Assembly: GCA_003516285.1 (NCBI GenBank)
Contig: DPCK01000113.1
Location: forward strand, 1-47,266
Direction of reading: 5' to 3'
Length of the DNA: 47,266 nt
From: Lutibacter sp.
GTDB taxonomy: Bacteria > Bacteroidota > Bacteroidia > Flavobacteriales > Flavobacteriaceae
A program made the position numbers and the translations under genes. Shown piece by piece: positions 28,406 to 35,883 of this stretch (position 1 is the stretch's first letter; the number at the start of each line of letters is the position of its first letter). The notes under the pieces are model-generated. The model saw only the letters and a program-made list of their open reading frames with translations. It did no database searches and had not been told where the DNA came from.

Positions 28406-29911
28406 ATGGAAGTTTGGCAACAGGATTGGATGGCAAAATGGGCGGTTTATTCGCCGCACAAAATTGCTTTAAAAGAGTTTGAAACAGGAAATACGCTAAG
28501 TTATTTGCAGTTGAATTCATTGGGCAATAAATTGGCCTTCTATCTAACGGAACAGTTGAATTTAATAAAAGGTGACCGTATTGCTTTTGTTGCCGAAAAT
28601 TGTTTGGAATATTTGTTATTTTTTGTGGCAGCACAAAAAACGGGGATTATTTTAGTTCCTTTAAATTATCGGTTAACAACTGTTGAATTGAATCATTTAA
28701 TAGAAATTTCAGATCCAAAATTTATTGTACACGACAAAGTTTACAAGGAAAAAGTTTCTCAAACGGAGTTTTCAAAAAACAAATTGGGTGAAGTTTTTGA
28801 GATGACCGATTTTTCTCAAATACTTAAAAATCTTGAGGTTGAAAAATGCAATGCTGATTATCCCATAAATATTGTTGATGAAAACCATCCGATTTTTATT
28901 TTATTTACTTCGGGAACAACAGGCATCCCAAAAGGCGCTATGTACACCCATAAAATGTTGTTTTGGAACAGTATCAATACAGCAATTAGTTTGGTGATTA
29001 ATTCAGAAACAAAAACTATTAATTGTATGCCGCCTTTTCATACTGGAGGCTGGAATGTATTGGTAACTCCAGTGCTTCACCACGGAGGGAGTTTGGTTAT
29101 TATTAAATCATTTTGCGCTAGAACAATATTAAAGTTAATTGAAAAAGAGCAGTTTACTTTGTTTATGGGGGTTCCAACGATGTTAAAAATGATGTCGGAA
29201 GAACCTTCATTTCAAACAACCAATTTTTCAAGTTTAATGTATTGTATTGTTGGTGGTGAAGCGATGCCAATTCCTTTAATTGAAGCTTGGAAAGAACAAG
29301 GTGTTTTAATTCGTCAGGGTTATGGATTAACAGAAGTTGGTCCAAATTTAACTTCCCTGCACCAAGATGATGCCATAAGGAAAAAAGGATCCATTGGCCG
29401 ACCAAATTTTTACGTACAAACAAAAATTGTGGATGAAAACGGTGTTGAAGTCGGTAAAAATCAAAAGGGAGAATTGTTGTTAAAAGGACCAATGGTTTCA
29501 CCTGGATATTGGAAAAATGAGCAGGCAACCAATGAATCTTTAAAAGATGGCTGGTTTTTTACCGGTGATGTGGTAATCCGCGATGATGAAGATTATTTGT
29601 TTGTGGTTGATCGCATAAAAAATATGTTTATATCGGGTGGTGAAAATGTTTATCCGGCCGAAATTGAACGTGTACTTCAAGAACATCCTTCAATTTTGGA
29701 GGTCGCTGTTGTTAGCGTTCCTAATGAAAAATGGGGTGAAGTGGGAAAAGCTTTTGTGGTTGCTTCTGAAAAATCACTTACTCAAACAGAAATATTGGAT
29801 TATTGCAAAATCAAATTGGCAAAATTTAAAATCCCAAAATATATAGAATTTATAAAGGAGATTCCTAAAAACGATACCGGAAAAATAGACAGAAAATTAT
29901 TAAAAAAATAA
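28406..29911 (+). CDS. AMP-forming acyl-CoA synthetase/ligase
   Basis: FTSGTTGIPKG, GYGLTE, TGD, DRIKNMFISGGENVYPAEIE, PKNDTGKI. Confidence 0.92.
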   Translation: MEVWQQDWMAKWAVYSPHKIALKEFETGNTLSYLQLNSLGNKLAFYLTEQLNLIKGDRIAFVAENCLEYLLFFVAAQKTGIILVPLNYRLTTVELNHLIEISDPKFIVHDKVYKEKVSQTEFSKNKLGEVFEMTDFSQILKNLEVEKCNADYPINIVDENHPIFILFTSGTTGIPKGAMYTHKMLFWNSINTAISLVINSETKTINCMPPFHTGGWNVLVTPVLHHGGSLVIIKSFCARTILKLIEKEQFTLFMGVPTMLKMMSEEPSFQTTNFSSLMYCIVGGEAMPIPLIEAWKEQGVLIRQGYGLTEVGPNLTSLHQDDAIRKKGSIGRPNFYVQTKIVDENGVEVGKNQKGELLLKGPMVSPGYWKNEQATNESLKDGWFFTGDVVIRDDEDYLFVVDRIKNMFISGGENVYPAEIERVLQEHPSILEVAVVSVPNEKWGEVGKAFVVASEKSLTQTEILDYCKIKLAKFKIPKYIEFIKEIPKNDTGKIDRKLLKK

Positions 29912-30706
29912 ATGATGAGCATAAAAAATAAAGTTGCAGTAATTACAGGAGGCGCCAGTGGAATTGGAGCAGGTGTCGCCGTAGAATTAGCTAAATTGGG
30001 TGTTAAAATTGTTCTTGGAGACATGAATGAAGAAGGCTTAAATGCCAAAGTTGAAGAAATTCGAAAAAATGGAGGTGAAGCCATTGCGGTGAAAACAAAC
30101 GTCAGCCAAGAAGCCGATGTCATTAAATTAATGGATGCAGCGATAGAAACCTATGGTGCCATAAATATTGTAGTGCCTTCCGCAGGAATATTTAGGGATG
30201 CGTTTATGGTGAGCCCAGATCGGGAAACGGGAAAAGTATTTAAAACAATGAGCACTTCGCAATTTATGGATGTGATTAACGTAAATTTATTGGGAACGTT
30301 TTTAACCATACGTGAAGCTTCTATCAGAATGATTAATCATAAGTGCGAAGGCGTATTATTTACAATTTCTTCCATTAATAAAGAAGGTCAGTTAGGCCAA
30401 TTAAATTACAGTTCAACAAAAGCTTCCGTGGCATTATGGCCAAAAATATTGGCTGGCGAGTTTCACGCAAAAAATGTAAAAGGAATTCGCGTTGTGGGTA
30501 TTGCTCCTGGTTATGTGGAAACGCCGTTATTACTGGGAATGAAACCCGAAGTGTTGGAAAGTATTGTTAAGGACGTAACCATTGGAAGATTGGTTAAAAT
30601 TGATGAAATTGTAAACGCCTTAATTTTTGCCATTCAAAATGAAGCAGTTACCGGAACTACGCTTGAAATTACTGGAGGCGTTATTTCTAGAGGACTGGTA
30701 AAATAA
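29912..30706 (+). CDS. Classical SDR, FabG/PhaB-like 3-hydroxyacyl-CoA dehydrogenase/reductase
   Basis: TGGASGIG, GDMN, SAGIFRD, YSSTK, IAPGYVET. Confidence 0.88.
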   Translation: MMSIKNKVAVITGGASGIGAGVAVELAKLGVKIVLGDMNEEGLNAKVEEIRKNGGEAIAVKTNVSQEADVIKLMDAAIETYGAINIVVPSAGIFRDAFMVSPDRETGKVFKTMSTSQFMDVINVNLLGTFLTIREASIRMINHKCEGVLFTISSINKEGQLGQLNYSSTKASVALWPKILAGEFHAKNVKGIRVVGIAPGYVETPLLLGMKPEVLESIVKDVTIGRLVKIDEIVNALIFAIQNEAVTGTTLEITGGVISRGLVK

Positions 30707-30736
30707 GAGATTTCTATTCTTTTAAATTGAAATACA

Positions 30737-31702
30737 ATGATTAAAAAAGTTCAAAAAATTATCGGGTTGTTTTTGTTGCTGACGAGTTTTCAGCTCATTT
30801 CCCAAAATAGTTTGGTTGAAATCACCGACTTTGGTGCCAACAAAGGAAATTTGGAAATGTACGTTTATAAGCCGATAAATAACGATTTGAAAGTGCCTTT
30901 GGTGGTGGTTTTGCATGGTTGCGTTCAAACAGCCAATGAAATTGCAGAACAAAGTGGATGGAATACTTTAGCGGATGCCAATAATTTTATGGTAATTTAT
31001 CCCCAGCAAAAAGTGGAGAATAATTTAAACAAATGTTTTAATTGGTATGAAAATTTGGATATTTCCAAGAATGACGGGGAATCTGAAACCATCAAAGAAA
31101 TGATTCAATATGCCATTCAGAATTTTGATGTTGATCCTTCAAAAATTTTCGTGACAGGCATTTCAGCAGGCGGAGCAATGGCAAATGTGTTAATGGCGAA
31201 TTACCCGGATTTGTTTAAATCAGGGGCTATTATGTCTGGAATTCCTTTTAAAGCAGCTAACGATTTAGCGACAGCTTATGCCGCAATGCAAGGAAAAGTT
31301 GAAAAAACACCCGATGAATGGGTGACTTTAATAAGCAATAATAATCCGAATTATGAAGGAAAATATCCAAAAATCGTTATTTTTCATGGCACTGATGATC
31401 CGTTTGTGAATGTAAAGAATGCCGAAATAATTGAAATTCAATGGAAAGGAATTCATAAAATAGCTAGCGATCCAGCAATTATTCCTGAATTTAATGGAAA
31501 TCCTGAAATTGCCAAAACCACTTACTTCAAAAATAATTGTCCGATAATTGTTAAATACGAAATTAACAACCTTGGCCACGCTATGGCGGTTGATCCCGGG
31601 ACAGAAAAACAGCAGGGAGGAAATGTCGCCAGATTTGCGTTGGATAAAAATTTTCACACCACTTATTGGACGGCCAAATTTTTTGGAATGATAAGCGATT
31701 AG
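30737..31702 (+). CDS. PHB depolymerase family esterase (scl-PHA depolymerase catalytic domain type 1 / LpqC-like), Sec-exported
   Basis: Signal peptide, FGANKGNLEM, LHGCVQ, YPQQ, CFNW, GISAGG lipase box, FHGTDD, LGHA, terminal FFG. Confidence 0.85.
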   Translation: MIKKVQKIIGLFLLLTSFQLISQNSLVEITDFGANKGNLEMYVYKPINNDLKVPLVVVLHGCVQTANEIAEQSGWNTLADANNFMVIYPQQKVENNLNKCFNWYENLDISKNDGESETIKEMIQYAIQNFDVDPSKIFVTGISAGGAMANVLMANYPDLFKSGAIMSGIPFKAANDLATAYAAMQGKVEKTPDEWVTLISNNNPNYEGKYPKIVIFHGTDDPFVNVKNAEIIEIQWKGIHKIASDPAIIPEFNGNPEIAKTTYFKNNCPIIVKYEINNLGHAMAVDPGTEKQQGGNVARFALDKNFHTTYWTAKFFGMISD

Positions 31703-31739
31703 TCTGTTTTTAAAATTTTATGAATTGTTATGAGTTTAC

Positions 31740-32774
31740 TTAAAACTTTATAAAAAGTTTTTTTGTTGACTCCCGTTCTACCAGTTTTGTTTTAACTATT
31801 TCAGTTTTAACGTCATCAAATTCAATTTTTTCTTCAATTTTATTTATCAATCGTGTTGCGGCAATTTCGCCGGTTGTATGGGCAAAACGATTCACGGCGG
31901 TTAAAGGCGGAATGGTATATCTCGATAAAATTCCGTTGGTAAAACTTACAATGGAGATATCTTCCGGTACTTTTATGCCTCGCGCATTTAAAACTTGTGT
32001 GGCAACGGCGCCCGAAACTTCGTCGATAATAAACATCCCGTCCACTAGGTTATTGTCTAACATTTTATTAATGCGTTCTTTCAAATGTGTTTCGTCTTCG
32101 AGTCTTAAAATCAGATTTTCATTAGGCGTAACATCGTGTTTTGTAAGTGCTTTTAAATAGCCGTTAACGCTAAACTGGCCAATATTTATTTCTTCGTCAG
32201 TGGAGATAAGCGCAATATTTTTACAGCCTGATTTCATTAAAAAACGGGTAGCTTTGTAACCGCTTTTAACATTGTCGGTCACAACTTTGTCACAATGAAT
32301 ATCAATATGAACGCGGTCATACAATACAATGGGCGTTCCTTCTTCCAAAATGAGGTTAAAGTGCTCGAAATTTCCAATTCGCATAGTTTCTTCTGAAATG
32401 CAGGCAATAAATCCGTCAATAGTTCCGTTTGAAAGCATTTCCATCGTGTCCACTTCTTTTTTGAAGGATTCATTGGTGATGCAGGTAATGATATTGTACC
32501 CTTTTTCAGTAGCCACTTTTTCAATACCGCGAAGCACTCTGGCAAAATAATAATTTAAAATATTAGGCAGTATGATACCAATGGTTTTTGTTTTTTTATT
32601 TTGCAAACTCAAGGCCAGTGTATTGGGCTTGTATTTGTGCAATTTGGCATATTCCTGAATTCGTTTTTTGGTATCGTCACTAATTTCATAGCTGTCGTTT
32701 AACGCTTTTGAAACCGTTGAAATAGAAACTTGCAATGCCAGTGCAATTTGCTTTATAGTGATTCTTTTACTCAT
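31740..32774 (-). CDS. LacI family transcriptional regulator
   Basis: TIKQIALALQVSISTVSKALN HTH, YKPN, VPEDISIVSF, LVEREST. Confidence 0.95.
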   Translation of the reverse strand: MSKRITIKQIALALQVSISTVSKALNDSYEISDDTKKRIQEYAKLHKYKPNTLALSLQNKKTKTIGIILPNILNYYFARVLRGIEKVATEKGYNIITCITNESFKKEVDTMEMLSNGTIDGFIACISEETMRIGNFEHFNLILEEGTPIVLYDRVHIDIHCDKVVTDNVKSGYKATRFLMKSGCKNIALISTDEEINIGQFSVNGYLKALTKHDVTPNENLILRLEDETHLKERINKMLDNNLVDGMFIIDEVSGAVATQVLNARGIKVPEDISIVSFTNGILSRYTIPPLTAVNRFAHTTGEIAATRLINKIEEKIEFDDVKTEIVKTKLVERESTKKLFIKF

Positions 32775-35158
32775 TTTTTTGGTGAAATAGTTAGTTTTGT
32801 GGAAATCTGTTTAATTTCTTCTTCATTCAATTTCATTTTTCTGAATTTGCCTTTGTTGTACATTTCAGCCTGATCTTTATAATGTTTGCTGAAAGGGTTT
32901 CCCGATTGCCCCGTCGGTACTATGCTGATGCTGTTTTCAACATCAGAAAAATCGATGATTCTTCTGGTTGAAGGACCAGCATTTACTTTATACAATCCAG
33001 AATCCGTATAGTTGAAACCCAGATTGTTAATCACTTCTCGTGCGCCATCTATTGGAAACGGACCCACATTAAAATACCGTTTTAAGGCAGCCACTTTACC
33101 AAGCGGATGTTCGTGCTCTAAGGTATGAACTTTTCCCCAATTCCAATCCAAAATGTCATTTCCAAGTTGCTTTTCCATTGATGCGACCGCTTCAGCCAAA
33201 GATCTTGACAGAATTTCTTTTCTGGTTTCTGTTTTGTTTTTGGTCGTTACATTATCCCACCAAATAGAATTTTCCTTTTCAATTTGTTCGGCAATTGTTC
33301 TTTTTGACAAATGTGTCGCTAAAAATTGGGTGAACAATTTCTCGCCCATTTCATCTTCAAAAGTGTTTTTTAAATATAGGTAAATCCATTTGTTATAAAT
33401 GGTTGGCGACACTTGGTCAACCGTATTTGAGCCGTCCCAAAGTTGAAGGATATCTATGGCTTTTTGTTCGCTTTTGCTAAAAGAACCATAATCCATAATT
33501 TTTGCAAATTCTTTGACCAATTCTGGTGCCACAGATGAAGTGACATCCGTAATCATAGCCGACATAGATTCCTTGTTCCAGTTATCTTTTGGTTCCAGCA
33601 GTTGCACAATGCGTCTGGCTCGATCTTCGGACAAATAATAACCGGGATACAGCATATTTGCAATGGAATCGGGCTGGTTGTTGGCGGAATACACATAATT
33701 CCAGGGCGGGTTTTCAGCCATCGGGTTTTCGCTGAAATCTAAATATTCAATAGGATCATCATCACCGGAAGCACCGTTTAAAATAAAATTTCTGTTAATT
33801 CCTGGCTTTAATTTGTACAATTTTCCCGTTGCCCACCAGGCTACATTTCCTGCTGCATCACCATACATAATATTCAATCCAGGCGCGTGAATCATAGATG
33901 CTCCTTTTTTAACGTCTTTCATTTCGGTTGCTCTTGAAATGGTATAAAGCGCAGCCAAAACTTCTACGTCAAATTGGGTGTAAATCCAAGACATCGCAAT
34001 GGGTTCTGTTTGCGTAATTGCTTCAAGCGCATCATTCATAATTGGACCGTGGCGCGAATTTCTTACCGTAATGGTTACATCATCGGCATCTTTTACTTTT
34101 ATGGTTTTGGTGAGCGTTTTGTAAGTTTCAAATCCGGTAGACGTTTTGTATTTTGTATTGTCTGTTGGGTCATTTTCTTCTTTATAAAAATCAATATCGT
34201 CATTTTCAAACATCGTCAATCCGTAGGCATATTTACGATTATGTCCCAATAAAGGAAAAGGAACACCCGCCAAATGATATCCGTACATTTCATAATCGGG
34301 CGTTACAATATGCGCTTCATACCAAACTGCCGGCTGCGAATAGGCGATGTGTGGATCGTTTGCAAAAAGCACTTTTCCTGTGGCCGATTTTTTAGGGGAA
34401 ACTACCCAACTGTTGCTTCCGATAAAAGGAGGAATTGGGGATTTTTCCATCACCTCATTAACATTTGCAACCATTTCAGAAAAATCGGTAATGTTTTCCT
34501 TTGAATTTTTGATGAATGTGGTATTTGGCCCGATTTCAATATTAAGTTCCTTTAAATAATCATCGCCTAATTTATCTTTTAGGATACTTAATAGCGGATC
34601 GGTTTTTTGGGCCATCGCAAAACTGAAAGACATATAGCCCAAAATATTGTAGATGTCGTTGAGTTGATAAGGTTCTTTTTCGATGCCAATTAAAGTGAAT
34701 TCAATAGGCGTTGGGCCGTTTTCAATAAATTGGTTAACACCGTTTAAATAAGCGGTTGCCAATTTGTAGACTTCCCCATTTTTGTCTAATTTTTCCATTG
34801 ATTTTCTGGATGCTTCTTCAATGCCTAAACTCACAAAAAATTGGTCGTTTTTGAGCATATCTTTTCCAAAAATTTCGGACAGTCTTCCCGGCGCAATTCT
34901 TCGCATCAACTCCATTTGCCAAAGTCGGTCCTGCGCATGAACGTAGCCTAAAGCTGTTGAAGCATCTAATTGGTTTTGAGCATAAATATGCGGAATTCCA
35001 TAATCATCAAAATATACAGAAGTCTCATTTTCAATGCCTGATAAAGCGATTTCACCTGAATAATCAGGTTTTAGGCTGTTAACATACACCCAGCCGCCAA
35101 TTAAAATCAGGGCGATTAGAACGCCAAAAATGAGTAAGATTTTTTTAAAAATGCGCAT
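32771..35158 (-). CDS. Penicillin acylase family Ntn-hydrolase
   Basis: N-terminal anchor, GIPHIYA, HAQDRLWQM, GSNSW nucleophile, ANDPH, SANN, GQSGNPFSKHY. Confidence 0.92.
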   Translation of the reverse strand: MRIFKKILLIFGVLIALILIGGWVYVNSLKPDYSGEIALSGIENETSVYFDDYGIPHIYAQNQLDASTALGYVHAQDRLWQMELMRRIAPGRLSEIFGKDMLKNDQFFVSLGIEEASRKSMEKLDKNGEVYKLATAYLNGVNQFIENGPTPIEFTLIGIEKEPYQLNDIYNILGYMSFSFAMAQKTDPLLSILKDKLGDDYLKELNIEIGPNTTFIKNSKENITDFSEMVANVNEVMEKSPIPPFIGSNSWVVSPKKSATGKVLFANDPHIAYSQPAVWYEAHIVTPDYEMYGYHLAGVPFPLLGHNRKYAYGLTMFENDDIDFYKEENDPTDNTKYKTSTGFETYKTLTKTIKVKDADDVTITVRNSRHGPIMNDALEAITQTEPIAMSWIYTQFDVEVLAALYTISRATEMKDVKKGASMIHAPGLNIMYGDAAGNVAWWATGKLYKLKPGINRNFILNGASGDDDPIEYLDFSENPMAENPPWNYVYSANNQPDSIANMLYPGYYLSEDRARRIVQLLEPKDNWNKESMSAMITDVTSSVAPELVKEFAKIMDYGSFSKSEQKAIDILQLWDGSNTVDQVSPTIYNKWIYLYLKNTFEDEMGEKLFTQFLATHLSKRTIAEQIEKENSIWWDNVTTKNKTETRKEILSRSLAEAVASMEKQLGNDILDWNWGKVHTLEHEHPLGKVAALKRYFNVGPFPIDGAREVINNLGFNYTDSGLYKVNAGPSTRRIIDFSDVENSISIVPTGQSGNPFSKHYKDQAEMYNKGKFRKMKLNEEEIKQISTKLTISPKK

Positions 35159-35321
35159 TGTTGAAAAATAGTTAATGATATTTCAAATATAATATTTTAT
35201 ATCATATAAAATTTGAATCCGCTATTTTCAATTTAATGGAAGTTAAAATTAATGAGTGTCTTAAGATTTGTTATACGTTGATATGTTATATGTAAAAAAG
35301 TAGTCAATAATAAAACTCAAT

Positions 35322-35358
35322 GCACTCTAGCGCACTTTAAGTACTCAAGTCACTTTAA
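35322..35358. repeat. Degenerate 9-10 bp tandem repeat (GCACTYWAG type)
   Basis: gcactctag-cgcactttaa-gtactcaag-tcactttaa. Confidence 0.4.
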
Positions 35359-35364
35359 CAACAA

Positions 35365-35883
35365 TTAAAGATACCGTTCCTTGATAATTTTTAAATGATG
35401 CATTTGATGGCCGGCAATGATAAAACCCAAGGCTCTTACAGTCATATCGCTTCCATTTGCGGTTCCCGACAATTGCAGCATTTCATCAGTAAAACTTTTA
35501 AATAGGGAGATGCTTGCGCGGCGGGTGCAGGTAAATTCATCAATTAAATCATTGGAATTTCTGTCGTTGCCATTTGAGTTGTCAACATACCAATTTTCGT
35601 CGAAACCTGCCAATTCCGTGGCATCATTTCTTGAAAAACGCAAGGCTCTGTAGCTCATAATTCGCTCTGTATCAATTAAATGCTGCAAAATTTCTTTGAT
35701 GGACCATTTTCCTTCCTCATAGCGAAAAACCATTTTTTCTTCTGATAAATCTTTTACGGTTTCCAATAATTCTTCAGAAGAAACCATTAAAATTTCAAAT
35801 AAATCGACATTTCCCAAGGCTGAAATGTAGCTTTTGTAATGCGGATTGTATTCGTTTTCGTTTAATTGTGATAAGTTCATCAT
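35365..35883 (-). CDS. DinB/YfiT family protein
   Basis: GKWSIKEILQHLIDTER and GHQMHH His ligands. Confidence 0.88.
   Translation of the reverse strand: MMNLSQLNENEYNPHYKSYISALGNVDLFEILMVSSEELLETVKDLSEEKMVFRYEEGKWSIKEILQHLIDTERIMSYRALRFSRNDATELAGFDENWYVDNSNGNDRNSNDLIDEFTCTRRASISLFKSFTDEMLQLSGTANGSDMTVRALGFIIAGHQMHHLKIIKERYL

Noticed and set aside
28406-29911. menE or feruloyl-CoA synthetase assignment
   Set aside because: No men genes and no enoyl-CoA hydratase/lyase nearby; motifs support only the general ligase family
26210-30706. Biosynthetic cluster (fatty acid, polyketide, PHA synthesis or ole hydrocarbon)
   Set aside because: No ACP, FabD, PhaC or OleD-type partner; import genes and a TetR repressor point to catabolism, though biosynthesis is not strictly excluded
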